Below the pieces are notes generated by a model. The model was not told where the DNA came from. It was given only the letters and a program-made list of their open reading frames with translations, and made no database searches. Position numbers and translations under genes: made by a program. A stretch of DNA of 63,637 bases, counting the filler, from Reticulomyxa filosa (taxonomy: Eukaryota; Protista; Foraminifera), in assembly GCA_000512085.1 (NCBI GenBank). It is 22 parts of 22 records of this genome, joined end to end, with 100 filler letters (N's around TTAATTAATTAA, not from the genome) between each part and the next. Parts side by side here need not be neighbours in the genome. Positions count along the whole stretch, not along the records: positions 21,725 to 23,953 come from ASPP01023491.1; positions 24,054 to 26,087 come from ASPP01001083.1; positions 26,188 to 28,123 come from ASPP01018498.1; positions 28,224 to 30,253 come from ASPP01048842.1; positions 30,354 to 34,128 come from ASPP01008467.1; positions 34,229 to 36,154 come from ASPP01003727.1; 16 more parts are not named here. The stretch is one strand, 5' to 3'. Within the stretch, counting starts at the first letter, position 1. Every line of letters begins with the position of its first letter. This document shows, piece by piece, positions 21,802-34,971 of this stretch.

Positions 21802-22482
21802 GTTGGTCCCTTATTTGTCTGCGAAATTCGGATATTCGCGCAATGTAGCGACATTGCTCGCGGGTGCAGGACCCCTTTGCACAGGATTAAGCTCTGGAGT
21901 GATGGGTAAATTGAGCAGCTATTATCGAAGAAGAAAAATATTTCTAGGTTTGTTTTTTTTTGTTTTTTTTTTCCCCTCCCTCCCCCTTTTGTGTATTGTA
22001 TACTCTATATTAACAAGTGATCATTTGTTATGTATGCACATGCAGTAATTGGATATTTTTTGATGGCGGCGATGGAAATAGTGATACTAGTGGATGCCCG
22101 CTCTTTGCATATTAGTGTTGTGGCACTTTGTGTGTGTTTGTCCGGATGTGGCGCTGGATGCTTGCCAGTGCTGTATGCCATTGTTCGGGAATGCAATTGG
22201 TATTATGATGCAAGTGAAGCAGCTCTGGGATTTGTAAATGGAATGGGTAACAGCACTGGGTTCATTACGCAGGCACTTATTGGCGCCCTGGCAAATGTTA
22301 GCTGGAATTGGCGAAGTGACGCACAGAAAAATGGGGATGGCACCAAACTTTATGTCCCTGCCGATTACGAACTTGGCTTTGTTATTGTTCATTTCGCCCT
22401 ATTTACCGGAATCATTTTTACCGCGTTTATCACCGAAACTCGCTGTGCAAACGTCGATTACACCTTTGCTACTTCCACCTAA
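21802..22482 (+). CDS. MFS transporter, C-terminal part
   Basis: Hydrophobic helices, GKLSSYYRRRK loop motif, AALGFVNGMGNSTGF; intron at about 21949-22046. Confidence 0.75.
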
Positions 22483-22827
22483 ATTTTCTAGAATTTTCTA
22501 GAATTTTCTAGACATTTAAAAAAATCACTTTTTTTTTTTAAAAAAAGAATTACAGTCTCTTTTTTGCCCTTTTTTTTTTTTTTTTCTGTAATTTAAGCCT
22601 AATGAAGGAAAATGTTTACAAAATTTAATTATAAACAAGTTTTATTTTGAAGTTAAAAGTACTGCGTTTGAATAATTTTTCGAAAAAAGAGCCATAAAGT
22701 TAATATGGCAATTGTACATTATTGAGTGGGCTCAGAAACATATTATTTCAAATGTAAAGCAAATCTTATTCCAATTTGTTGTACATTTGACTGAACAAAA
22801 ACCAAAAGGATATAAACATTGGATAGT

Positions 22828-23953
22828 CTAAAATGAATTACTCTTAAAGTGCTCTCCCAGTTGACAGACTTTATTAGGGATCGCTCCCTCTGCAAGCAGT
22901 TTTTCCAATTCATGCATTCGCGCATCACTCAGCGACAATATATTTCTTCGCTTCATTCCAATATCTTCCTCTCCATGACTGTCCAAATATAGACTTGGAA
23001 ATAAGATGGCTGCATGTTCATAGATTAACAAGACTGAAGTTAATTGCAGCCACAAGAATATTCCTTTTCCTTGTCCACAGCGTTTGGAATGGATCGTCAG
23101 TGCGCCTTTTCCGTTTCTAGTGCAGCACTGAATGCACAGAAATGCGCCACAATATAGGCATATTGCACTGTTCGTTGGAACACTTCCGGCATTGCATTGT
23201 TCCTTACAAAATTTCTGTAAAATTTTTTTTTCCCCCCCCCCCCACTCCATTCTCAAATCTAATTTCAGATCTTGCAACACACAAAATGCAAATAAGAACA
23301 ATGCAAAGAGCTAAACTTTGAATAGATGGTCATAGAAACGTGGCAAACGAATCAAAGAAATGGGTGAAATGGAATCGATCCGTTTTGTGGAGTCGATATA
23401 ACGGCATTGTCTCTCCGTGAATCTCTCGAAAAAGGTATGTGTCCAAGATTGCATAACTTGCAACGAGGCCAGCTTATCTTGGTCTCGGGCGTGTTGCGCG
23501 CAAAAAGTAGTAGCGACATAATCACGGAAAGTCGGCAAGAACAAAGCACGACATATGGCATCGCACTCAGCCCTTACCTTTTCGGGCTGGAATATGGTGG
23601 GGTCTTTTTGCAATAGGGAAGGTAGTGTGGCAGGAGTCACGGAAACACAGCTCCAAAGCAAATCCAAGTCCAATTGGATCAAACCACTGGAATAAAACAA
23701 AATATAACATTTGCGTAAGAATGGGAGTATACACAAACACATGCGTTCCACAGCGCATTGAAAATGATCCATTTCTTTTTTTTCATCTTCTTCACGTTTA
23801 ATATCTTGTTCATTTGTTTCTTTTCCACTTGTTATATGTCGTTGCAATACTTTGATCCATTCCAAAGCTTGTGATGGCTGTTGTTGTGTAGTTTTTTTTA
23901 TCACCATTATCATTATTATTATTATTATCATTATTATTATCATTATTATTATC
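22828..23953 (-). CDS. UBR1/UBR2/UBR3 (PRT6)-type N-recognin E3 ligase, C-terminal part
   Basis: LIRLPRFYDHLF, AICLYCGAFLC, HSKRCGQGKGIFL and SLYLDSHGEEDIGMKR match the conserved UBR C-terminal domain. Confidence 0.88.
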
Positions 23954-24145
23954 NNNNNNNNNNNNNNNNNNNNNNNNNNNNNNNNNNNNNNNNNNNNTTA
24001 ATTAATTAANNNNNNNNNNNNNNNNNNNNNNNNNNNNNNNNNNNNNNNNNNNNACACACACACGAAATATAATATTTCAAGTTCCAATTTCAATATTGCA
24101 ACTTGCTTGCTGATTGATCTTTTTTTCTTAATTTTCTTTTGAAAA

Positions 24146-26040
24146 GCAAAAGGGAACAAATTGCTCGATAAAATCCGATTGGGCTACAAACCGCCACCTC
24201 CATCTTATCCCAGACCGAAATACTTGGATGACAAGGATCGAAAACAAACGTCGGGATTGGAAAAGATGAAAGCAGGCGAACTAATAGAAAAAGAGCAAGA
24301 GAAAAAGAAAGACGAATGGTCCGATTTTCGCAATAGTGAGGACGACGACAATGATCTATCTTCCTTGGACGAAGATCCTGTCTCTTGTATCGAGCGACAT
24401 AAAGAAATGGAAACCCTGATGAATACTTCTTTCTATTCTAGGCCATATATCTCTGGGTTAGTTTTATTATTTTTTTTTGTAATCGTTTATACTTTATACT
24501 TTATATATATATATGGTACATATACAATATGTAGTATATGTACCATATATATAAAGTATAAATTTTTTTTTTTAATAAATGTGTAGTGAACGTAGCATTT
24601 CACCATTTTTAACTCCAATGCATGCGCCTTTACATCGTCGTGAACAAACGGAAATGCACTTGAGTATGACGCCACAGCCCCCATTACCTGATCGATATGA
24701 GAGCGTCTTGCACTCCACCCTTCCCATTAACAAAAGTCATACCATTAACACTAACTATGTGGCCGGCGATCATTTTCGTCACAACAGTGCTGGCCTGCAA
24801 ACTTGGACACGACGTGCTGTTAATCACAAACAAATCGATCAACGTTCCAGTCCTGTCGTCACTGTCATCACAAAAAAAACATAAATGGAATTTTATATTC
24901 AAATCCTAAAGTTCTTTTTTTTTTTTTTTTTCATTTCCACACCCCCCCCCCTTTACCCCCCCCCCCCCCCCTTTTTTTTGTTGGCCTTGAGCTTTAAATA
25001 GTTACGAAGACATCAAAATACGATCTCGTTTATATTTGTCGTCAAACAGGCTTTATGGGTCAACAACAATATGTCATTTGTCAGAGTTGGTGGATTTGCT
25101 TTCATTGCATTGACATGCTTGCTTTACTTTACTTTACTTTGTTTTTGTTTTTGTTTTTTTTTTTTTTTATCAAAAAAGTTTTGTGTCATTGATCCTTTAC
25201 AAAAGTTGGAAGAAGAGGACTGAAGTGATAGAACTAAGTACACAACTAGAACTACTTTTGCTTTTTTTTTTTTTGGAAATGTCGTTATTTCTTTGTTTTT
25301 CGTATTGTTTGATTGGTATTTTTTGTTTGTTTCTTGTGTCATGTGAATGTATTGTTCTGTGGAGGGACATGCTTTTTTTGTCTTTACCAATGGGAAAGTG
25401 GGTCTTTTGCAATAAAATAAGAGAAATTAAAATAACGGGGAAGAAATTTGGATTGTAATCACTTCAGCATATTGAGTTTCTTTAGGATATAAAATTCGTT
25501 TGTCTACTACCAAATTATCTTTTTTTTTACATCGTCTTTAGTATTGAAAAGTTTGGATTGAAACGAAAGGAGAATTATTAATGCGTAGGCTATGCTCTTT
25601 TTGTTATGTTTTTGTTATTCGCTTGCTCGTTTGAAAGATTTAGATGTGCGTCTTTTTTTAACACAGAAAAGCAAACCAAAAACACCAAAGCAAAAAGGAG
25701 TTCGGAGGGAGAAAAAGCAAAGAAAAAAAAAAAATAGTGTTTTGAATATTGACATATTTTGACAGAAAAAAATCATATATTACTCTTTTTCTCTCGCTTT
25801 TGTTGTTTTTATTTTTCAATTTTTGTGAATTTTAGGTTATGTTGCTTTCTCACGTGGTTGATGAGCAGCTCAATCTCAGTTTAAGTCAAAACTTGTTGAC
25901 CGAAGTCCCTGACTACTTTCGTTCACAAGCAGGATACGAAAACGATCATTGTCTTGATAAAAGTGAATGGGAAGTGCAATTGAACAAAAATGACCAAACA
26001 TCTCGCAATAATGTATCATTGTTTATGCAAGCGGTGTATG
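24146..26040 (+). CDS. Hypothetical multi-exon protein (internal fragment)
   Basis: Coding-like exons at about 24146-24457, 24587-24875 and 25837-26040 with GT-AG borders; no recognisable domain. Confidence 0.35.
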
Positions 26041-26187
26041 GTATGTTGTTGTTTTGTTTTTTTTTTTTTTTAAAAAAAAAAAAAAATNNNNNNNNNNNNN
26101 NNNNNNNNNNNNNNNNNNNNNNNNNNNNNNNTTAATTAATTAANNNNNNNNNNNNNNNNNNNNNNNNNNNNNNNNNNNNNNNNNNNN

Positions 26188-26423
26188 CCGCCGGCATCCG
26201 CCAGAAAGCTGAACGCTGCCCCCGGGTTGTACAACAGGGTGAAGTTCAGCACGGCCGGAATCACTTCGCGCTGTTCGCCGTACTGGTAGCTGCCGTTGAA
26301 GTACACCTTGGTCAGCTGGTCCAGCACGATGATGGCTACCGCCAGCACGAACCACTTGGCCACGCTGGCTTGCTGTTCAGCGGCCGGGGTAGCCACCCCG
26401 GCCATCTTGCCTTGCTCAAGCAT
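26188..26423 (-). CDS. lspA: Bacterial lipoprotein signal peptidase II (3' partial)
   Basis: VLDQLTK and YNPGAAFSFL motifs; start codon overlaps the ileS stop, the conserved ileS-lspA arrangement. Confidence 0.95.
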
Positions 26424-28123
26424 TCAGGCGCGCCTCGCCGCTACCGTCGATGTTGTCGACGCAGCGACCGCACACGTGACCGTGGCCGGCGTGGGTGCCC
26501 ACGTCGGCACGGTAGTGCCAGCAGCGGTCACACTTCTCGTGCGCCGACGGGGTCACGGTGATGGCAGTGGCGTCGCCTTCGCTAACGCCGACACGCGATA
26601 CCATCAGCACGAACTTCAGGTCGTCGCCCAGGCTGGCCAGATGCTGGAACAGCTCGCCGGCGGCGGTCACGTCCAGCTCGGCCTGCAGCGAGGAGCCCAG
26701 TTGATCGGCGCTACGCAGTGCTTCGATTTCCTTGTTCACTTGGGCGCGGAACTCGCGGATGGCCTGCCATTTGGCCACCAGCGCAGCTTCGGCACCGGCA
26801 GTGGGGTTCGGGAACTCGTGCCATACATGGAACAGCGGCGTTTCTTCTTCGCTGCCCAGCAGCACTTCCCACGCCTCGTCGGCGGTGAAGCACAGGATCG
26901 GCGACAACAGCAGTAGCAGGCTGCGGGTAATGTGGTACAGCGCGGTCTGCGCGCTGCGACGGGCGGCGCTGTCGGCTTGGGGTGGTGTACAGACGATCCT
27001 TCAGGATGTCGAGGTAGAACGCCCCCAGATCTTCCGAGCAGTAGGTGACGATTTCCTGCACCGCGTGGTGGAAGGCGTAGCGCGGGTACAGTTCGCCGGT
27101 GATTTTCACCTGCATTTCCTGGCCATCATCAGCGCGTAGCGATCGATCTCGCTCAGGCGCTCGTACGGCACGGCGTGTTCCATCGGGTCGAAGTCCGACA
27201 GGTTGGCCAGCAGGAAGCGCAGCGTGTTGCGCAGGCGGCGGTAGCTTTCGGTCACGCGCTTCAGGATCTCGTCGGAGATCGCCAGCTCGCCGGAGTAGTC
27301 GGTCGACGCCACCCACAGGCGCAGGATGTCGGCACCCAGGCTGTCGTTCACCTTCTGCGGTGCCACCACGTTACCCTTGGACTTCGACATCTTCAGGCCC
27401 TTGCCGTCCACCACGAAGCCGTGGGTCAGCAGCTGCTGGTACGGTGCGCGGCCGATGGTGGCGCAACCGGTGAGCAGCGAGGACTGGAACCAGCCGCGGT
27501 GCTGGTCGGAGCCTTCCAGGTACAGGTCGGCCGGCCACGCCAGCTCGGCGCGCTGCTTGAGCACGGCAAAGTGGGTGGAGCCGGAGTCAAACCACACGTC
27601 CAGCGTGTCGGTGAGCTTGCGGTAGTTGGCCGCATCGTCGCCCAGCAGCTCGGCGGCGTCCAGGCTGAACCAGGCTTCGATGCCCTGCTTCTCGATACGC
27701 AGCGCCACTTGCTCCAGCAGCTCGGCCGAACGCGGGTGCAGCTCGCCGCTTTCCTTGTGGATGAAGAAGGTCATCGGCACGCCCCAGTTACGCTGGCGCG
27801 ACACGCACCAGTCCGGGCGGTTGCCGATCATGGCTTCCAGACGGGCGCGGCCCCAGGCCGGGAAGAACTCGGTGCTGTCTACCGCCTGCTTGGCACGTTG
27901 GCGCAGTACCTGGCCGTCGTTGCCGGCTTTGTCCATGCCGATGAACCACTGCGGCGTGGCACGGAAGATGATCGGGGTTTTGTGACGCCAGCAGTGCGGG
28001 TAGCTGTGCAGCAGCTTGTCCACGTGTACCAGCGCGCCGCGCTCGGTCAGCGTCTCGATGACTTTGGGGTTGGCTTCCCAGATGGTGAGGCCGGCAAACA
28101 GCTCGGTGCCGGTCTTGTAGCGA
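26416..28123 (-). CDS. ileS: Bacterial isoleucyl-tRNA synthetase (5' partial; two apparent frameshifts at about 27115 and 26975)
   Basis: [42 protein letters not shown] and C-terminal zinc finger CDRCW..CGRC; high GC and no introns. Confidence 0.97.
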
Positions 28124-28223
28124 NNNNNNNNNNNNNNNNNNNNNNNNNNNNNNNNNNNNNNNNNNNNTTAATTAATTAANNNNNNNNNNNNNNNNNNNNN
28201 NNNNNNNNNNNNNNNNNNNNNNN

Positions 28224-29165
28224 TTTTATTCGATACAGATAAAGACAAAAATATTCCCGAAACTTTGAGTTTCAAGAATCATTGGAATAAAGATTGGAAA
28301 AAAGCAAACTTGGAAGCGGCCAAAGTGGTCGAGCAAATGTTTGAACGGGTTGAGCAAGGGATGATTGTGGTTGCCAAAACAATATCTGAGAGGCAAAGCA
28401 ATAATAATAATGATAATACATCTTCATTCTTTATGCAAATCCACGATCACAAAGTGGAAAAAAAACAATTTGGAGAATACTGGATACACGTCATCAAAGG
28501 CAAGACAATCATATTGGACAATGTGAATATCGATGGCAATATGTATGTGGTCAATTGCGAAATTCAGTGCAAAACAAATGTACATATTACAACACAGGTA
28601 TTTGTCACAAACAATGGTCTTGTCGATCAACATTGTGTCAATCCCATTCAATGGAATACCAAATTCCATCATGACATCCCATTGCTTCTTCAAAATTTGC
28701 AAGATCAATCCAACAATTGCTCTAAAAGTCAACTCTTTGATGGCGCGATTGTTTACTTGGAAAAATCCTTGGAAATTTCAATCGACACTTTTGGATTAAA
28801 TCACCATTCTGTTGCTGGATTGTACAACAACTTAGGAAATGCCTATCAAAATAAACAGCAATATAACAGAGCAGTTACATGATATGAAAATGCATTGCAT
28901 ATATTTGGATGTCTTTGGCACTGTTCATGCTCATACTGCCAACTCTTTTTATAATCTAGGAAATGCTTGCATTAACAAAGGAGAATATAATAAAGCAATT
29001 GAAAGCTATCAAAAGGCATTGAAACTGTATTTGGAAATTTTTGGGAGAAATCATGCCGATGTTGCAGAGTCTTACAACAATTTGGGATGCGCATATGATG
29101 ATAAAGGGCAGTACGATGAAGCAGTCGAGTGCTATGAAATGTCTTTAAAGATTAGGAAAGAAATA
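28224..29165 (+). pseudogene. Kinesin-light-chain-type TPR repeat protein with in-frame TGA (28880-28882) and a frameshift
   Basis: Repeats of the type H..VA..YNNLG.AY..KG.Y..A...YE.SL.I. Confidence 0.8.
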
Positions 29166-30511
29166 TCCTGTTCCAATGCCATCCATTCCATGCCTTCTTC
29201 CGAGCCGCTTCCTGCTGATCATTACACATTACTTCAACCTTCATTGTCGCCTCCAAAGCGATTCAACTCTATCCAAAGGTTAAATTATATATGTACATAT
29301 CATCCATTTTAGGAATTGTGGATACATACAATGAATAGAAAAAAAGGAAAAGGAAAGGGAAAAGGGGAGAAACAGAGAGAGAACTTTTTTTGTTGAGTGA
29401 TGGAAATTACCAACATTCGCTTGATACACACACACATTGCCCTCTTTATTCATGAGAAATAAAAGAAACATGGACAAATGCACACCAACTGGTTCCGGGA
29501 CTTTGGAGAAAAGAACATGAATCAAACGACGCTTTGGCAACTCCTCTTTCTTCAACTCGCAAAGGCGAAGTCATGCCAATCCATTCCAGCCCCAATGCCA
29601 ATACACACACGCATTCAGGTCCAATTATCAAAGCACAAACGAGCATTAGAAAATGTTATGTACATATTCAATTGTGAATATACTCTTTTTTTTTATTATT
29701 ATCTATTTCTTCTATCGCATTTTTAATCATGCCTTTGTTTGTTTGTTTTGTTTTTGAATATTTACAGTGTAAACATTTCCAAAGACTTGTTGGAATGTGG
29801 CATTTTTTATTGCTCAAATTGCCGATAAAATTACGAAAAGAGAACATCTAATTCCATTTGCAACGTTGTGATTGTCTCTTCTTTTTGCTTTTTTTTTCGT
29901 TGGGATGGATTTATTTATTTTTACTGTCTTGTTTTTGTTTGCTTGCAATAATATCGATCAGATACAAAATCAATAAAGATTCATTTAGGGCTGACCAAAA
30001 AATTAAAATTTCTGTTTTGGTGGCCTTTTTACTTGTTAACAGGGTTTTTTTTTTCCCCCAAAGCAATTTAAATTTTATTGTGTGTTTGTTGCCTGCTTTG
30101 CTGTTTATTTTTTTTATATTATTTTCGAGTCTCTTTTTTTTCTTTGTTTTTTTATTGTTGATCACAATAATGTATCCAAGCTTGTGAGAGGTAGTCTTTT
30201 TTTCGTGCGGTGTTCGATTTCACAAAATTTTGGTCACATGTTTAAATTTGTCCNNNNNNNNNNNNNNNNNNNNNNNNNNNNNNNNNNNNNNNNNNNNTTA
30301 ATTAATTAANNNNNNNNNNNNNNNNNNNNNNNNNNNNNNNNNNNNNNNNNNNNAAGTAAAACGTATGTAAATGCACCTTTGGCAAAAGAAAAAAAAGGAT
30401 GGCACGGTTTCATCAAACAGTGCCCCGAAAAATCAAATCACGATAAGTGGAGAAAAAATAGAGAAAAAATAGAAAAAAAATAGAGAAAAAATATAGAAAA
30501 AAAAAAGTATT

Positions 30512-31556
30512 TTAAAGTTTGGCAGGTGGTTTTGTTTTCAAAATGTAATTGCTATGGTCGACATAACGCAAGATGATATCGACAACTGAGAGGTGCCTCG
30601 GGACGCGATCATAGAAGATGACAGCAATGGTGGTGCGTGCATTGGGGAGCATGACCTTTTGGAAAAAGCCGTACATTTCTGGATGATAACGGGAACGGTT
30701 TGCACTGAGCAAATCCATAAACGTTTTACCATTGCTAAAAACAAGGTTAGAGAAAGGAAGGGAATAATCACACGTAAATTCCGGTGTTTTAATTGGATCA
30801 GGACGAATGTTCATGTTGGTCTCAAAGTGGAAATAGTATTGATAACCCAACGCATACGAAATACCATACATAGGCAAACGTGCCATTATTTGAATATGCT
30901 CTCCACTGCATTGTGGCTTGCGACAATAGTACATCCCATAATACGCGGTTCTCCACTTGACGTTGTTGTGGTTCACGGAAAACGCTTGCGTTTTCCCGTT
31001 GCTATGAGATGGATATTTTTTATACGTCAACAATTGTTGAATCAATGGATGTGTGGCAATGCATTTGGCTTCCAATTCGCACTCATAGTTCATTTCTTCG
31101 GTGGCCACGTCAAACAGTTTGTAAAAATGTGTCCATGTGCATTATATCAAAACTATCACAAACCCAGACCGCATGTGTTTGCGCATCCAATATGCATGCA
31201 CTTGTTCCAAATGCAATTGCAAGGTGCACGATTGTGTGCATATAAAATAACATTTCACGTAAATCGGTGCCCAGCAACATCTGCTTCATTCCACCCATTC
31301 CTGCAAACTGGTATGCCGCCAAACCAATACATTCCTCTGCGTGTTCTTTCCCCATTGGCGTCAGCTTGTATTGGTCGTATATTCCGTGTTTCTTAAAAGC
31401 TTCGATTATCCTAGGGTCACTGGGATACTTTTGAAGTGCCTCTCGATAGTCGTTTTTCAAGCGCAACGCCTCTGGACATAACGTCACCCTGATCTTCTTT
31501 TTGGATAACAGTGGGCCAGAAACAAATGGAGGAATGATATAAGTGTTGTTCGACAT
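30512..31556 (-). CDS. Putative divergent GNAT-like protein with C-terminal PTS1 (AKL); one frameshift in a T5 run at about 31123
   Basis: ORFs 31110-31613 and 30512-31108 join as ...DTFYKLFDVATEE...; YKLTPMGKEHAEECIGLAAYQF resembles GNAT beta1-alpha1; ends ...PPAKL*. Confidence 0.5.
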
Positions 31557-32075
31557 AGCCTGTTGTCTTGCAGAGTGTTTCACGACAAACTTCAACGTAC
31601 TTTGTGTATGCACTTTTTTTTGTATCTTACCTGACTACAAAAAAGTAATAAAGTGCGACACTCCAATATTCAAGTGGAGAATTAACAAATCAAAATAATG
31701 AAAAAGTTAGAAGCCGCTATTACATTAGTAATAACTAAAACAATAAAGTAAAATTATTTGAAATAACTTGAAGCCTATACCTCTAAAATTTTAAATTTCA
31801 AATGCCTGAGTTTTTGTATAGTCTGAACATTTTGAAAATTGTGCGGAAAAAATCTCAACTAAAAAGAACAAAAATAAAGTATATGGAAAACATTGTCATT
31901 GCAGACAACATTATGTAGCAGAAAAGACTTTTACGAACATTTTTTGACTGGAGGATAGGGAGAAAGTCACTGCGCAGTTACACTCAAACAAAGAAACAAA
32001 AAATGTAGTGATGCAAACATAACGAAAGTGACCACAAAAAAAAACTATTACAGATTCTATCCTGTCCTTTTTTTT

Positions 32076-34128
32076 TTATTGAGTGACTGTTTTTTTATCA
32101 TTATTTTCGCTCGCAAGGGTATAGTCGGGATCATCTTGATGATAAAGCTTGAGTTTTTTCTTTTTTTGAGCCTTATCTCGATCGTTCGCGTTTGCGAGTT
32201 GGGAAGAACGATACCGTAAGCGGGCACGAACAGTGGCAGTGGGATGAAGAATGTTGGCACGGTTGTGTTTTTTGGACGCGTCAATACTGACAAAGTACTG
32301 TTTGTAGACATAGATTAACATATCAATATACAATGGCTGTTCCAAGAAGCAAATGTGGGCAGTGCGACCAATCATTGAATCCAAGTTAATTTTATGGTTT
32401 ACAAATGAAACATCAAATCGAGTCAGCTGAACATGGTCTAAAGGCCGCAATAGATTGCGCACCATGTCGTTGTAAATACGCCCTTTTTTAAAAAAAATTT
32501 ATTTAAGTAATAACAATATAATAATAGAATTAATAAATTTAGAGCCCTTCCATTTGACACATAAATATAAATACATATACATATATGCATATATGCATAT
32601 ATGCATATATGTATATATTTACCCCATTTAGTGTCTTGCACAGTTTTGCGATGCATTTCAATTCGTGTGGAGTGATAAGGAGTATAACGATCTTCTGGTG
32701 AGCTAACCAATAAAACATTTTTAAAGTATTGCAAACCAGGCTTCATTGACAATTGATACACTAAGGTTTTCCTCGGATTTTCGTGATCTGTCAGAGACAA
32801 CTGTGACAATGCCATAGATTTTTTCCAACTTCTCATCACCCAAAACCCCGCCTGCAAAGCTCGTGATCGTCCAACAAATAGCCGCAGTGGCAAACCGCCA
32901 ACGATATAAATGTGTGACAACGCTTCACCAAAGGTTTTAACAATTCATGTGCCAATGCTTCACGTGCAATTAACCCGCCCAGCGAATGTGTCACAAAGCT
33001 TTTTTCCCCCGATCATTACATACATGCATACATACAAAATAGCAATAATTGGTACTAAACAATAATAATAATATAAATAAATAAATTTATTTATATTATT
33101 ACTTTCTTAAAAAAAAAAAATTGCTAAAGATACCTCAGCCGACATAATTGTTTAGATTCTTTGGTAATATTTTCTTCGACGAAATCGACGACTTCTTGTG
33201 CCAGTCTCTTTCCCATATCTGCAATGTCTCCGTCGGTTTGTTCTTCCTTTTCATTGGCCTGAGACATGAGGAACAAATCATTTGGACACATGACCATCAA
33301 ATGGTTTCGGAACATCCTCATATCCCACGAGTTGCCTTGATACCCATGCACGAACACAAAGAGGTGTCTGCCAATGCATGCATGTTCCATTTGACTCATC
33401 AGCGCGGATTGGCTACTCTCTTGCTTCGTGTTGTTGTTGTCTGTGCTCGTAGACATGCTCCCTGACAATTTCGATATTTGACTTGTACTTTCTTTTCCCT
33501 TTTCTTTTTCTTTTTCTCTGTCTTTGTCTTTGTCCTTTTCTCGTGCCTTTTCGTCGTCTTTTCTTTCCATCCCTTTCAAGTCGCCACTGCTATGATCGCT
33601 CGCTTTTGCTTTTGTCTTTGTCATTGCTTTTGCTTTGCTTTTGCTTTCTCTTTTTGCATTGCCGAGCCGTCGCTGTCTTCGCCCGACTCTGTTTCTTCGT
33701 CCTCTTCTTCATTATCGTCATCTTCCTCATCATCCTCGTCCTCTTCGTCATCGTCATCGTCATCGTCATCATCGTCGTCCAGCTCCTCGATTTCCTCTTC
33801 TGTCGGCTTTTTGTTCCCTATTTCTTGGTTCTTCAATGGGTGAAGTACCAATTCGACCGTCTTTTCAATACACAGATTTACACATACGTATTATGTAGTG
33901 TTGTTCGATTGCGCTGTGGCAAAATGTATGGCAGATACATAGGAAAAAACATGGACACACCAAAGGGGAAATATCTGACACACTGATGTTACTTTGAGTG
34001 GGATCATTGGGATCCAATTCTTTCTGAAACTTTTTGTCTTGATGCTGATGCTGAGGTTGATGTTGATGTTGGTGTGATGTTGGTGTTGATGTTGATGTTG
34101 ATGTTGATGTTGATGTTGATGTTGATGT
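32076..34128 (-). CDS. FAM135-like / DUF676 alpha-beta hydrolase (5' partial)
   Basis: HLFVFVHGYQGNSWDM, DGDIADMGKRLAQEV, SFVTHSLGGLI, FKNVLLVSSPEDRYTPYHS, LDSMIGRTAHICFL. Confidence 0.85.
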
Positions 34129-34254
34129 NNNNNNNNNNNNNNNNNNNNNNNNNNNNNNNNNNNNNNNNNNNNTTAATTAATTAANNNNNNNNNNNNNNNN
34201 NNNNNNNNNNNNNNNNNNNNNNNNNNNNTTTTACCTATTTACCCCAAAAGAATT

Positions 34255-34395
34255 ATTTTTTTCTTGTCACTCCAAAAAAAAAAAAAAATAAACTTTTGGC
34301 AACCACTCAAAAAAAAATACATTTTTGGCAATCGCTCCAAAAAAAAATAAACTTTTAGCAATCACTCCAAAAAATAGATTTTCTTCAATCCGCTC
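34255..34395. repeat. ~30-bp minisatellite (4-5 units, TTTTGGCAAYCRCTCC-An)
   Basis: Units visible at about 34261, 34291, 34319 and 34349. Confidence 0.75.
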
Positions 34396-34971
34396 GTTTA
34401 CCTGAATTTGTACTCTTGTCATTAGATAGTATACCAAAATACAGCAATAAAATACCCACCAATAATAGGAATACCAACAAATTCCGATTCCAATTATTAT
34501 TTTTTCTTCGTTGAAAACCTCTTTTTGGTTGTATCATTTTCTATTGTTTCCAACGCATCTAAGGGATTGACTCTATTTGACTCTTTTCTCATTACAATTA
34601 TAAGCAAAGAAACCAAAACAACTTTTGTTAGATTATTTTAGTTTCCTTTTTGGCCCTTTTCATATTTGCATGTCTTCTGAGTTTAAATTTGAAAGAAAGT
34701 GAAAATATATTATTTTGATGGATAAAACCATGGATTCGTGTAACAGAAAATACTTAAATCAAGTATTATCGGATAATAAAGTAACTAAAAAAGACCACTA
34801 TTATAACTAATGACAAGATTTTAAATTCTTTGAAGTGTTTTCATATCCAATTTCGAACAATTTTTTAGGCATCGTTAAGTTATATTTTTCATAGCGTCAA
34901 AAGCGTTTTTGACAAAATCCCTTCGTTGATTTTGATTTAAGAAAGTTCAATCTCAAAATAGTACTGAAAGA

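Noticed and set aside
26188-28123. Horizontal transfer of ileS-lspA into the eukaryote
   Set aside because: The whole contig is bacterial from edge to edge, with no host flank, intron or amelioration.
26296-28123. Long plus-strand ORFs (206 aa, 334 aa and others)
   Set aside because: Antisense shadows of GC-rich ileS and lspA.
34255-34395. CRISPR-like array
   Set aside because: Units are separated only by variable A-runs, with no unique spacers and no cas genes, in a eukaryotic contig.
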